The notes: generated by a model not told the origin, from the sequence alone. A stretch of DNA of 64,000 bases from an uncultured delta proteobacterium (GCA_963789265.1 CAWBKB010000003.1:1056001-1120000); one strand, 5' to 3'; positions 32,926 to 44,431 are shown, counted from the stretch's first letter. Numbers and translations: made by a program.

Positions 32926-35016
32926 ATGGCTCATATTGCAAGTACCACTGTTTCAGGCAAAGAAATCGTGTTCGAGTCAGGACACTTGGCCAAACAGGCC
33001 TCAGGAGCTGTTCTCGTTCGTAGCGGAGAGACGGTGGTTCTCGTTACAGCCGTGGCAGAAAAACACGGCAGAGAAGGGATCGATTTCTTCCCGCTCACTG
33101 TTGACTACCTGGAAATGACATACGCCGCCGGAAAAATTCCGGGCGGCTTTTATAAGAGGGAAGGACGCCCCACAGAAAAAGAAATTCTGACGGCCAGGTT
33201 TATTGATCGCCCGATACGACCGTTGTTTCCAAAGGGCTTTAAGTCAGAAACTCAGATCATCGCGACCGTTCTGTCCTCCGACGGCGAAAGCGATGCTGAC
33301 ATGCTGGCCATAAATGGGGCCTCCGCTGCTCTCCACATTTCGGACATCCCTTTTACCGGACCGATTGGAGCGGTACGAGTAGGCCGGGTTGATGGAAATC
33401 TTATCGTCAATCCGTCTCCGTTGGAGGATTCCTATTCGGACCTGAGCTTAATAGTTGTCGGGTCGCATCAGGGCATAGTTATGGTCGAAGGTGGCGCTGA
33501 TCGGATTTCCGAGGAAGTCATCCTGGAGTCCATATTCAAAGCTCAAGACGAAATTATGCAGATAGTGGAGGCTCAGGAAAAACTGCGTGAGCAGGCTGGG
33601 AAGCCCAAGAGAGAAGTCACACCTCCAGTCCAGGACGAAGAATTGGTACAGAAAATCAGAAGCGAATGGGGCCAACAGATCGAAAGCGCCGTAGCCATTC
33701 CGGCGAAACTTGAACGACAAGGCACCTTGAGCATGATCTATGACAAAGTCCTCGAATCCGCGGGTGAAGAAGCCACGCAGCGCCGCTCGGAGATCCTGGG
33801 CTATCTGGAGAAGATCGAGGGCGAGTTTATCCGAAAGATGATTCAGGAAAAGAGTGTCCGCATCGGAGGGCGTTCCTTTACCGACATTCGCAATATTTCG
33901 ACTGAAATAGCAGTATTGCCTCGAACGCACGGCAGCGCGCTGTTCACTCGCGGTGAAACTCAGGCGCTGGTTATTGTAACGCTGGGCACATCCTCCGACG
34001 AGCAGAAAATCGAAGCGCTCGAAGGCTCAAGCTACAAATCTTTCATGCTCCATTATAAATTTCCGCCATTTTCCGTGGGGGAAGTCAAGTTTCTCAGGGG
34101 ACCGTCTCGCCGGGAGATAGGTCACGGCGCCCTTGCTGAAAGGGCCCTGGCATATTTGCTCCCGAATGACGAAGAATTCCCTTACACTATCCGCGTGGTC
34201 TCGGAGATTCTGGAGTCCAACGGCTCCTCCTCTATGGCCACAGTCTGCGGCGCATCGCTTTCCCTCATGGATGCCGGAGTTCCGCTGGCAGAGCCCGTGG
34301 CGGGAATTGCCATGGGATTGCTCAAAGAAGACGGCCGCGTGATTGTGCTCTCTGACATTATTGGAGATGAGGATCATCACGGGGATATGGATTTCAAGGT
34401 GGCGGGAACCAGGGACGGCATCACTGCCCTGCAAATGGACATCAAGATCCAAGGAATCACTCGCGAGATTCTGACCGAGGCACTGTTTCAGGCAAGGGAG
34501 GGACGCAGACACATACTGGACATAATGGCCCAGACCATCAGCAAATCCAGGACAGAAATATCCCCATACGCGCCAAGGATCTTTGTTATGTATGTGAACC
34601 CTGAGAGAATCAGGGACATCATCGGCCCGGGCGGCAAAGTAATTCGGGCCATACAGGAAGAGACAAACACCAAGATCGAGGTGGACGACACGGGAAAGGT
34701 GGTAATTGCCTCGGTGGACGTCCAGGGCGCGGATCAGGCCAAGGCCGCCATAAAGTCTCTCACCCAAGAGGCTGAAGTGGGAAGAATTTACATGGGGACG
34801 GTTCGCAAGATCACGGATTTCGGGGCTTTCGTGGAAATCTTTCCCGGTACCGACGGCTTGGTCCATATATCGCAACTTGCCCCGGAACGGGTCCGCAAGG
34901 TAACGGACGTTATCAGAGAAGGCGACACTTTCCCTGTCAAAGTGATCGGAATTGACCCTCAGGGCAAGATCAAACTTTCACGGAAAGACGCAATCGGTCA
35001 AACTCCCGACAAATGA
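32926..35016 (+). CDS. pnp: Polyribonucleotide nucleotidyltransferase
   Basis: FFPLTVDY, IDRPIRPLFP, RREIGHGALAE, ESNGSSSMA, GDMDFKVAG, KH and S1 domains. Confidence 0.97.
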   Translation: MAHIASTTVSGKEIVFESGHLAKQASGAVLVRSGETVVLVTAVAEKHGREGIDFFPLTVDYLEMTYAAGKIPGGFYKREGRPTEKEILTARFIDRPIRPLFPKGFKSETQIIATVLSSDGESDADMLAINGASAALHISDIPFTGPIGAVRVGRVDGNLIVNPSPLEDSYSDLSLIVVGSHQGIVMVEGGADRISEEVILESIFKAQDEIMQIVEAQEKLREQAGKPKREVTPPVQDEELVQKIRSEWGQQIESAVAIPAKLERQGTLSMIYDKVLESAGEEATQRRSEILGYLEKIEGEFIRKMIQEKSVRIGGRSFTDIRNISTEIAVLPRTHGSALFTRGETQALVIVTLGTSSDEQKIEALEGSSYKSFMLHYKFPPFSVGEVKFLRGPSRREIGHGALAERALAYLLPNDEEFPYTIRVVSEILESNGSSSMATVCGASLSLMDAGVPLAEPVAGIAMGLLKEDGRVIVLSDIIGDEDHHGDMDFKVAGTRDGITALQMDIKIQGITREILTEALFQAREGRRHILDIMAQTISKSRTEISPYAPRIFVMYVNPERIRDIIGPGGKVIRAIQEETNTKIEVDDTGKVVIASVDVQGADQAKAAIKSLTQEAEVGRIYMGTVRKITDFGAFVEIFPGTDGLVHISQLAPERVRKVTDVIREGDTFPVKVIGIDPQGKIKLSRKDAIGQTPDK

Positions 35017-36320
35017 ATCAAGGAATCGTCATCCCACCTTCGGCCACCAAGTTCGGCGATCTAGGCACCTACCGCAAAACCACTCTGGATAATGGTTTAC
35101 GGATTGTTACGGAGGAAATGCCTTACCTGCAATCCGTTTCTCTCGGGATATGGGTCCGTTCCGGGTCAAGGTTTGAGCGGCCGGCCGTCAACGGAATTTG
35201 TCATTTTATTGAACACATGCTCTTCAAGGGTACCGAGCGCCGCTCAGCTTTTACCATAGCCAAGGAAATCGATTCGGTAGGCGGGGTACTGAATGCCTTT
35301 ACCAGCAAAGAAATGACCTCGTTCTACTGCCGCATCCTCAGTGAAAACCTCGAACTAGCCATAGATCTGTTGAGCGATATTTTTCTCAACTCTTCCTTTC
35401 CGGAAGAAGAGATCGAACGGGAAAAGCAAGTGATCTGCCAGGAGATCCACCAAATGGAAGATAATCCGGAAGATTTGGTGCATGAAATCCTTGGCGCCAG
35501 ATTCTGGCAGGATGATCCTTTGGGCCAGCCTATACTCGGGACCATTCCCAATGTCGCTAAGCTGGACAGAGACACCATTGTAGGATTCAAGCATAGCTAT
35601 TATACCCCTGAAGAGACCGTGGTTTGCGCGGCTGGAAACATCGAGCACGACCGCTTTGTAGATTCTATCGAAAAAAAGATGGGAAGCTTTGCGCGGGCTT
35701 CGGCGCAAACGCGGCTCACCGCTCCTAAAAGCGATTCATCCGCTAATGTTGTCGAACGCGATCTCGAACAGGTGCATGTTTGTGTTGCCGCGGAAGCCCC
35801 CAGCGCGGTAGATGAAAGCCGACACGCTGCATATATTCTCAATACTATTCTGGGCGGCGGGATGAGTTCCAAGCTCTTTCAGGAAATTCGGGAAAAGAGA
35901 GGATTGGCCTATTCCGTGTACTCCTTCCTCTCCTCGGTCTCGGATACAGGGATCTTCGGGATTTACGCCGGTTGTGATCCCGAGCGCCTCGAAGAACTCC
36001 TTCAGACCATGGGCAAGGAAACGTTGGAACTCTCCAGGAGAGTCACAGACGAAGACATTGTCACCGCTAAGAGCCAGATCAAGGGCAACATCATTCTTGC
36101 GATGGAATCCACGGACTCCCGCATGAATCGGCTCGCCAAAGGAGAGTTTTATTTCGGCAGATACATCCCTTTGGATGAAATAATCGGCTCGATGGAGAAA
36201 GTTACTGCAACAGAGTTGCAAGCAACAGCGGAACAGATAATCAATCCGGAGCGTCTTACCATCGTGGCCCTGGGCCCTGTCGCTTCGGACACCGATCTCT
36301 TCGGCCTATTCAAAGGTTGA
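35013..36320 (+). CDS. M16 family (pitrilysin-like) zinc peptidase
   Basis: HFIEHMLFKGT inverted zincin motif, LNAFTS, LFQEIREKRGLAY; commonly follows pnp. Confidence 0.92.
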   Translation: MNQGIVIPPSATKFGDLGTYRKTTLDNGLRIVTEEMPYLQSVSLGIWVRSGSRFERPAVNGICHFIEHMLFKGTERRSAFTIAKEIDSVGGVLNAFTSKEMTSFYCRILSENLELAIDLLSDIFLNSSFPEEEIEREKQVICQEIHQMEDNPEDLVHEILGARFWQDDPLGQPILGTIPNVAKLDRDTIVGFKHSYYTPEETVVCAAGNIEHDRFVDSIEKKMGSFARASAQTRLTAPKSDSSANVVERDLEQVHVCVAAEAPSAVDESRHAAYILNTILGGGMSSKLFQEIREKRGLAYSVYSFLSSVSDTGIFGIYAGCDPERLEELLQTMGKETLELSRRVTDEDIVTAKSQIKGNIILAMESTDSRMNRLAKGEFYFGRYIPLDEIIGSMEKVTATELQATAEQIINPERLTIVALGPVASDTDLFGLFKG

Positions 36321-36341
36321 TCGCCACATCATATTTGAGTT

Positions 36342-37641
36342 TTATTCCGGTTGATCTTCTTTGTTGTCCGTGGATTCTCTGCGGCGGATCTCAGCTTTTC
36401 GAGAGAGATTATCTATAGAGACGGCAACCTTCCCTAGGCTTCTCATACCTAGCAGATTTGTGAGCCGCTTGATATTCTTATCAAACACCTGCACTTCGAT
36501 CTCGCCCAAAGGCAAATTGAAGAGAAAAGCGGTCTTCACTTTGTAGCGTGTCACCCTGAGCACGGAACCATCCGCTATGGTGACAATTCCTTTTCCTATT
36601 TTAGTCACCGGGGTATCGTGGCCTATCTCCTGAAGGAGATCCCGGCCGATGAGGGAAGATGAAGCCCCGGTGTCCAGGAGAAACCTGTGCGGTGTCCCAT
36701 TCTTGCGGAAGCGAACCTGCACGAAAATGTGACCCTTTTGGCTAACAGGCACTATCACACTCATGGGACCCGAGGCCGAGACTGACAGCTCCTTCAAAAT
36801 CCTTTCCGCCATCTTTCCGGTTTCTTTGTCAGGGTTCAGGCTCATAGCCCTTTCCGCGTCTCTGCGAGCGGATTCGACTCTGTCCTTGCGAAGGTATGCC
36901 AGCCCTCGCCCTGCGTAGGCAAAACTGGACTTCGGGTCCAATTCGACGGCTTTGTTGAGGTCGCTGACAGCCTCGTCAAATCTCCCCAGGTTTATAAAGG
37001 TGATCCCACGGTTGGCAAAGCAGATTGAGCGAAGAGATTCGTTCCCATGGGCCGTTTTGATCGCCGCCGTAAGATCGGCCAACGCGCTTTTCCCCCGGCC
37101 TTGCCGGAGGCTCATGTACTCCGCGAAGTTGCAGCCCTGAGGCTAGTACTTCGCCATCTACCCCGCCGGAGCGTAGTAGTTCGTTAACATCCTTGTATGC
37201 CTGCTTCAGGTCACCTTCACCAAGATAAGCTTGAGCCCGGGACAGTCTCACCACCTGCGCATTGTGCGTGTGGGGATCCACTGAATCCAGGGCTTGCGCA
37301 AAAACTTGAGCAGCTTGCTTATAGTGGTGAGACTTGAGGAGTTGTTTTCCTTTTTCAAACAAGGTTTCCACATTCTCGCCGGCATAGCCCTGGAGAGTAC
37401 AAGCGATAACAACTAGGATCGAACTGAAAACCAACAAGATGGTGCTACGTGCCAAGCTGTTTTCACGCTTAGGAAATTGCTGTGATAGCCGCTCCGAGAA
37501 TCCGCGACTTTTGCGTTCAATTTCGGGGGCGGTCCGGAAGTTGAGTTCCTCGCATGAAGGCTGTTCTTCGCATCTTCCGGTCTGAGTATCGTTTTTGTCA
37601 TTTCGGAGGCCGTTTTCTGAACCATTCCACCATCCCTTCAA
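36342..37641 (-). CDS. TPR-repeat protein with C-terminal retropepsin-like aspartyl protease, frameshift near 37117 (start uncertain)
   Basis: Hydrophobic signal-like segment, TPR repeats, FLLDTGASSSLI and NLLGM motifs. Confidence 0.75.
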
Positions 37642-38107
37642 GCTCGGCCAACTCTCTCCCGGAGAACTTCCTCACCAACGTCAGGACCTGTTGTGCCAAC
37701 CAAAATCTTTCTTCTTTTTGCGCACGGTCGGCAGCATCCAGGACTCCTTTCAGCAGGTCCGTCAGTGTCGTGAGTTGGTCGAAAATCGAATCTGCCACCA
37801 GGGCATCGAGCTTCCTCTGCCGCGCTCCCAGGATGGTCACGACCTTTGAAGGATCAACGGATGGACCGCCTGTTATGGGTGTCCCCCCTTTAAGGATAGC
37901 ACCTGCGTGGTTGTTGGGAAGCACGTAGCCGCGACTCAGCTCATCAGCCTGCAAATCAGGGTAGATTTGTTTGAGCTGAACCCCGGTCCTCACATCGAAA
38001 AACTCCGGCAAAGCCCCCTGGCCGGCTCCTGCTGTGCCGCAGGGGACCTTAACCAGGATGTTCGCTTCTCGTATGAGAATGTAATCGTACTCATCCGCCG
38101 TGCTCAT
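37598..38107 (-). CDS. Hypothetical protein (169 aa)
   Basis: Protein-like ORF filling the gap, co-oriented with the downstream gene; no recognised motif. Confidence 0.55.
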   Translation of the reverse strand: MSTADEYDYILIREANILVKVPCGTAGAGQGALPEFFDVRTGVQLKQIYPDLQADELSRGYVLPNNHAGAILKGGTPITGGPSVDPSKVVTILGARQRKLDALVADSIFDQLTTLTDLLKGVLDAADRAQKEERFWLAQQVLTLVRKFSGRELAELEGMVEWFRKRPPK

Positions 38108-38255
38108 GGAGGTATAATAGCATGATGGAAAACATCCGTTGAGAGAGAAGCGCAGATTAGGGTGTGTTAGGCTCTTGTCGGCCCCATGTCCACCGCATAC
38201 CGGAAATGGTGGATAAAGTCTAACTGTAATCCCTCAATTGTGAGCAGCAAAAGAT

Positions 38256-38404
38256 TGTCATTGCAAGCGGAGCGAAGCAATCTCATTGGTGGGACCGGCA
38301 TCTTGCCGGTCATTCGTCACCCCGGATCGAATCCGGGGTCCAGACTGGATTCCGGCGTACGCCGGAATGACGATTGCCTTGTCGTTTCACTCCTCGCAAT
38401 GACA
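38256..38404. repeat. Nested palindromic repeats (REP pair enclosing two other palindrome types)
   Basis: TGTCATTGCAAGC..AAGCAATCT; GACCGGCATCTTGCCGGTC; CCCCGGATCGAATCCGGGG and ATTCCGGCGTACGCCGGAAT; GATTGCC..CTCGCAATGACA. Confidence 0.8.
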
Positions 38405-38521
38405 GAAAACCGAGAATTCTTAGCGTCATTGAATGATTGCAGTTGCTTCAGATTTTTGCTTTACATTAGACCGGACCGAAGATAGTATCCGCACATTTCA
38501 ATGAATTGGGCTCTAACTCTA

Positions 38522-41500
38522 ATGAAGATCTCAAAACTCGAAGTCAAGGGATTCAAAAGCTTTCCCGACAAGACCGTCTTTGAGTTCAAGCCCGGCATAA
38601 CTGCCATTGTGGGCCCGAACGGTTGCGGTAAAAGTAATGTTTTTGAGACATTACGCTGGGTTATGGGAGAGCAGAAGGTTCGCAGCCTGCGTGGCAAAAA
38701 GATGGAAGATGTCATCTTCAATGGCTCGGAAAGCCGCAAGCCGGTGGGCATGGCGGAAGTTCGACTGGTTCTTTCCAATGCCGAAGGTCTGGCACCATCT
38801 TCCATGGCCGATTACGACGAAATCATGATAACTCGCCGCCTGTTCCGAGACGGAGAATCTCAGTACGAAATCAATAATGTCCCCTGCCGGCTCTCGGACA
38901 TCACTGATTTCTTCCTCGACACAGGAGTAGGCAAGAAACTCCTATGCCATTATCGAACAGGGGAGCGTGGACGCGATCGTGGCATCAAGGCCCGAGGATC
39001 GTCGTGTGTTGATCGAGGAGGCCGCAGGGATCAACCGTTACAAATCCCGTCGGGAAGCCGCTCTGAAGAAACTTGATCAAACTCGGCAAAACTTGTTGCG
39101 GATCAGTGATGTTATCGGAGAGGTCAAGCGCCAGAGTTCCTCGCTGAAGAGACAGGCTTCGAAGGCCCAACGTTATCGGGAGCTGAGCGAGCATCTACAA
39201 GAACTGGATATGGCATTCCATGCTTATAAGTGCCGTCAACTCCAGAAACAAGCGGAACAGATCCAGGGGGAACTGGAAACCGGTCGGTCGGATCTTTTGC
39301 AGAAAGAATCTCATTACTCCATCATAACGGCTCGACTGGAACACGATAGACTTAAATCCCTGGAGAGAGAAAAGGGCTTGAAAGATCTTCTCGAAGCGCG
39401 CCATCGAGTGGAACTGGACCTGACCGGTTTGAGGGGTGGCATGGAGAGAGATCGGAACCGCGTCTTGCAACTTGAAAACCAGACGCAGCGGTCTTTCGGA
39501 GAAAAGCAAGTCCTGGAAGAAAAGGTCGAGGAAGCAAGGGCTCTTCAAGACGCATTGCATAAAGATAAGCAAGAGGCCGATAGGGAGTTGGGGCTTGTCA
39601 GCGAACAATTGGAACAAGCCACGAAGGACTCGGAGGATGTCGAAAAAGATGTCGTCAGCCAACGCGACCGTTTGGAGCAGCTCAAGGATGATCTATTCCA
39701 CATTCTTCAGGAGACATCCCAGGAGAAAAATCGAAGAGAAACCCTGACAAGACGCGGGATAGAAATAGAAGCAGCTCTGGACAGGATCTCCAAGGACTTT
39801 GCAGAAACTCATTCCAGCCAGGATAAAGATGAAAGCGAAAAAGAAGGACTGACATCCAATTTGGCCGAACTCGGCCGAATCCAACAAGAGAACGCGACCG
39901 CAAAAGCGGAGCTGATCAAAGCTCGGGAAGTAGCCGGGAAACATATAGATTCGCTGAGAGAAAGTCTCAAGGTATCGGAAAAGGAGTTGGCAGCGGCCCA
40001 GGCGAAGCTCGAATCACTTGAAGAACTGCAAAGGAACTACAGTGGTTATGATCGAGCGGTCAGATTCATGCTCAACGATGGAGCATTCGGAACAAAAGAG
40101 GCTCTCCTGGGCCCTCTTGCCGAGATGATCGACGTCCCTCCGGAGTTCCAAAAAGCCCTTTCAGCAGCCCTTGGCGATCGTTTGGGCCATTTAGTGGTCG
40201 CCTCCACTCGTGACGGGGCCAAGGCCGCGGATAGGCTTAAAGAAGCCGGCGCGGGTAGATCCACATTTATTCCTATATCTCCTCGACCGGCCCCGGAATC
40301 AGAGCCTGGTAATGTACCGGACGGTCTTACCCCGCTACAAGAGGTGGTTTGTTTTCGTGAAGGATGCGAGAGCTTGGGGAACTTCTTGTTGAACCGCTGC
40401 TTCGTTGTCGAGGATATTCGGCAAGCAGTGGAGATTTGGGAAAATAACGGAATCCACGTTGACTTGGTAACTCCCGGGGGCGACATGCTCAACCGCTACG
40501 GTGAGATCACCGCGGGCGCACGGGAGGACAGCCGAGAAATAGTTTTTGAGCAGCGCCGCGAGATCGCGGAGCTTGAAGAAAAGATTGCACGTGTGCAACC
40601 TGAGCTGGATAGTTTGCAGTTGAGTATGAAGCAGCAGGAGGCACACCTTGAAAAGCTTTCTGAAGAGAGAGATCAAGTCGAGAGGCTTTTGAACGAATCA
40701 AACGTGAACGCAGTTCGTCGGCGAAAGGATCGAGAAGTCCTTGAAGCCAGATTGGCAAATTCGGAACGCAAACTGGAGGTCCTGAACCTGGAAAGAGCGA
40801 GGGTGACAAAGGAACGGGAGGACCTTTCCATCGACCTTGCCTGCGCCGAGAAAGCCATTAGTCTCTTGGAAGACAGACGAATCTATATACAGCAAGAACG
40901 AGAGGCAGCAAGCCGCAAACTCGAAGAATGCAGCCGCTTTGCCACAGAAAAGTCACAGTTCACAAGCCAACTCCGAGTCAGAGCGGCACAAATGGAAGAG
41001 AGAAGCCATTCACTGGATCGCGAGTGCAGGTCCTCCCAGGAAAGCCTCAATCAACATGTGTCAAGGTTGACCGCCCTTTCGGCAGAGATAGAGCGAAACG
41101 AGATTGAAGTAAATAAACTTGGAGAGCAGCTCTATCATGCTGAACTGAGAGAAAAGGAGCTAATGGAGCATCACGCCTTGCAGACTGATCAGATTGAGAA
41201 GCTGCAAACCGAATCCAACGAGATCTCTGTTTCTATAGAAGGGCTGGAGGGAGAGGTCGCTGCAACTGGAAAGGCAGTCAAAGAGCTGAAGGAGACTGTC
41301 CACGACTTGGAAATGGAGTCTGTACGTCTGGACCAAGTCCAGCAAGGGCTTGTTGAAAAGATCCTGGAACGATATCACGTAGATCCACGCTCCATGCCCT
41401 GTCCTGAGTCCCCTCCCGATGATCAAATGATATCCGACGTTCGCAATAAGATGGATACAATGGGTGAGGTGAATTTGGCGGCTATCGCGGAGAGCAAACA

Positions 41501-42056
41501 AGCTGAGGAAAGGCTGACATTTCTGCTCGATCAGGAGCAAGACTTGAAAAAAGCCGTGGATTCTCTGTACGCCACTATAAATACCATCAATAAGACCACT
41601 CGGGAACGCTTTCGCGTTGCTTTCGACAGCGTCAACGAGAAATTCCACGAGATATTTCCGTTTCTTTTCAGGGGCGGCGAGGCGCGCTTAGAGCTTACTG
41701 ATGAAGAAGACCTTCTCGAAACCGGCGTGGACATCATGGCTCGCCCCCCGGGGAAGAGAATTCAGAACATGGACCTACTGTCCGGAGGCGAGAAGGCCCT
41801 TACAGCGGTGGCTCTAATCTTCTCCATTTTCCTGATACGACCCTCGCCGTTCTGTCTTCTTGACGAGGTGGATGCACCTCTAGACGATTCTAACCTCGTC
41901 CGGTTCAACGAGATGCTTAGAAAACTCTCGGACCGAACTCAATTCCTTGTTATTACCCACAACAAGCGAAGCATGGAAGAGGCCGATTCACTTTATGGCA
42001 TAACTATGGAAGAACCTGGCGTGTCAGGTGTAGTTTCGGTTGAATTTGTGAAGTAA
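38522..42056 (+). CDS. smc: Chromosome segregation protein SMC, single-base frameshift near 38937
   Basis: GFKSF, GPNGCGKSN Walker A, coiled coils, hinge (GRSTFIP), LSGGEK, LDEVDAPLD. Confidence 0.95.
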
Positions 42057-42169
42057 ATAGGGGCCATGAAAGAAGCCCCATATTAATGAAGATTAATCAG
42101 GTTATGCATTTTTGCGACTGTGAATTTGCCCTTATGTCCGACAAACTTCATAGTCAATCCATTTGCCTC

Positions 42170-42230
42170 CTAATCATTTTCTAACAGAGCGCTCACCATA
42201 TTCTAAACTTTACGTGACTAATTTCTAATA
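42170..42230 (+). promoter_or_regulatory. PHO-box-like array with 11-bp periodicity upstream of pstS
   Basis: CTAATC, CTAACA, CTCACC, CTAAAC, GTGACT, CTAATA begin at 42170, 42181, 42192, 42203, 42214, 42225. Confidence 0.65.
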
Positions 42231-42336
42231 TTGTTCTTACGGCCCCTTAATGAATAGGGCTTATCTTTGGAATAATACTTACCAGCAGTTGGTTATCCGG
42301 TAAGATATTGAAATGATGTGATGAAAGGAGTTGTCT

Positions 42337-43416
42337 ATGAAGGCAGGGCGAACTATCATGTCGGGCTCCCTCGTGGTTGCGGCGCTTGTCGCTACTATTT
42401 TCCTGCTGGTTCCCGCCGCGGGCTCTATCTGCAACGCAGCGGGTCCGACCGCGATCAGTGGAGCGGGTGCAACTTTTCCATACCCGATTTATTCGGCGTG
42501 GGCCCACGAGTACCAGAAGAAAACGAGCGTTCAATTGAACTATCAGTCCATCGGTTCCGGTGGCGGTATTGCCCAGATCAAGGCAAAAACCGTGAACTTC
42601 GGCGCATCGGATGAACCACTAAAGAAGGACGAGCTTGTCAAGCACGGGCTCATACAATGGCCGATGGTAATGGGTGGCGTGGTGCCGGTAACTCATGTTA
42701 AAGGAATTGAAAAAGGGAAGCTCAAGCTCACCCCGGAGTTGTTGAGTGAAATTTATCTTGGAAAGATAAAGAAGTGGAATGACGCGAAGATCAAGAAAGT
42801 AAATCCTGATCTTAAACTCCCCGATCAGGCTATCGTGGTGGTTCATCGATCCGACGGTTCAGGGACGACCTGGATTTTTACGAGCTATTTGAGCGCGATA
42901 TCAAAAGAGTGGAAGGAGAAGGTTGGTGCGGCCAATGCCGTTTCATGGCCCGCCGGTATTGGCGGCAAGGGCAATGAAGGGGTTTCCGCGTTCGTGCAGC
43001 GCACTAACGGTGGCATCGGCTACGTAGAATTTGCGTACGCCTTACAAAACAATCTTGTTTACGCCCAGTTACAGAACAAGGCGGGCAAGTTTGTCCAGCC
43101 GACCATTGACACGTTCAAGTCGGCGGCTGCTAATGCGGATTGGAAGCATGCCCCGATGTATTTTATCTTGCTGGTAAATCAACCGGGTGAAAACAGTTGG
43201 CCGATAGTCGGCGCTACTTACATCCTGTTCTATAAGGAACAGGCCGACGCAGCTAAAACCGAGGCGGTCCTAAAATTCTTTTCTTGGTGTTATGACAAGG
43301 GTGACGAGATGGCGGCAAAGCTTCTCTACATCCCGATGCCGAAAAACGTAGTAGACTTGGTGAAGACCACATGGAAGGACGACATAAAGTCAGGCGACAA
43401 GCCCGTGTGGAAATAG
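42337..43416 (+). CDS. pstS: Phosphate ABC transporter substrate-binding protein
   Basis: GAGATFPYP, NYQSIGSGGG, FGASD, HRSDGSGTT. Confidence 0.95.
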   Translation: MKAGRTIMSGSLVVAALVATIFLLVPAAGSICNAAGPTAISGAGATFPYPIYSAWAHEYQKKTSVQLNYQSIGSGGGIAQIKAKTVNFGASDEPLKKDELVKHGLIQWPMVMGGVVPVTHVKGIEKGKLKLTPELLSEIYLGKIKKWNDAKIKKVNPDLKLPDQAIVVVHRSDGSGTTWIFTSYLSAISKEWKEKVGAANAVSWPAGIGGKGNEGVSAFVQRTNGGIGYVEFAYALQNNLVYAQLQNKAGKFVQPTIDTFKSAAANADWKHAPMYFILLVNQPGENSWPIVGATYILFYKEQADAAKTEAVLKFFSWCYDKGDEMAAKLLYIPMPKNVVDLVKTTWKDDIKSGDKPVWK

Positions 43417-43430
43417 TCATCTCATAACCC

Positions 43431-43464
43431 GAAATCGAGGGGCACCTAATCTCCCCTCGATTTC
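43431..43464 (+). terminator. Intercistronic hairpin after pstS (mRNA stabiliser or attenuator)
   Basis: GAAATCGAGGGG ... CCCCTCGATTTC. Confidence 0.6.
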
Positions 43465-43492
43465 AGCATACAGCGACACGGACAAAAAACGG

Positions 43493-44431
43493 ATGGGTCC
43501 TCAAAAAAATAGAGTTCATAATACCGGCGACACTGTGTTTCAGCTAGCCGCTGCAGCGGGTGCCGCTGCTCTCGTATTACTTATGCTGGCCCTTCTGGTG
43601 CAACTCATTCGTGCAAGCGACTTGTCACTGCACCATTTCGGGTTCGGATTTCTCACGTCCGACGCATGGAACCCGGTCACCAAGGACTTCGGGGCTGCTA
43701 GTAGCATCTTTGGCACCCTCGTTTCTACTGCGATCGCGATGATACTTGCGTTGCCAATAAGTCTCTTCATCGCACTGTTCCTTGCGGAGCTTGCTCCGCC
43801 CGTCATAAGCAAGCCGGTGGGGTATGCTATCGAACTCTTGGCGGCAATACCCAGCATAATTTACGGCATGTGGGGCCTGTTCGTTTTTGCTCCCTTCATG
43901 GCGGACCACGTGCAGCCGTTATTAGGGAAGTACGCGGGATTTTTGCCTCTCTTTCAAGGACCGCCCATGGGCATCGGCATGCTTACCGCCGGAATTATAC
44001 TCGCACTCATGATTCTACCCTTTATCAGCGCTGTGATGAGAGACGTCTTTACTATGGTTCCCAAGGTGGTCAAAGAAGCAGGTTATGGGATTGGGAGCAG
44101 CACATGGGAAGTGACCCGCCACGTGACCATCCCGTATGGGTTCTCAGGGATGGTCGGTGCCTCGTTTTTGGGGCTGGGCAGAGCGATCGGCGAAACCATG
44201 GCCGTGACTTTTGTCATAGGCAATATGCATAGTTTTTCAGCTTCCCTATTTTCCGCAGGCAACACCATAGCCTCAACCATGGCCAACGAGTTTACAGAGG
44301 CGTCCTATCCACTTTATTTGAGTAGCCTTGTCGAGCTTGGTCTCATATTGTTCGCTATAACTCTGGTGATACAGATCCTTGCTCAGTTGTGGCTCAAACA
44401 GATTCGTGGTTCGATTGGAGTAGGCATTTGA
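43493..44431 (+). CDS. pstC: Phosphate ABC transporter permease
   Basis: IELLAAIPSIIYGMWG, LGRAIGETMAV. Confidence 0.95.
   Translation: MGPQKNRVHNTGDTVFQLAAAAGAAALVLLMLALLVQLIRASDLSLHHFGFGFLTSDAWNPVTKDFGAASSIFGTLVSTAIAMILALPISLFIALFLAELAPPVISKPVGYAIELLAAIPSIIYGMWGLFVFAPFMADHVQPLLGKYAGFLPLFQGPPMGIGMLTAGIILALMILPFISAVMRDVFTMVPKVVKEAGYGIGSSTWEVTRHVTIPYGFSGMVGASFLGLGRAIGETMAVTFVIGNMHSFSASLFSAGNTIASTMANEFTEASYPLYLSSLVELGLILFAITLVIQILAQLWLKQIRGSIGVGI

Noticed and set aside
34027..34875. Long antisense ORFs (also 9372..10151, 1553..2245, 14893..15495, 44556..45149)
   Set aside because: Shadow frames opposite well-supported genes
32562..38966. Programmed frameshifting or true pseudogenes in rpsO and smc
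   Set aside because: Highly conserved genes with no other decay; similar indels are scattered through the window, so sequencing error is more parsimonious
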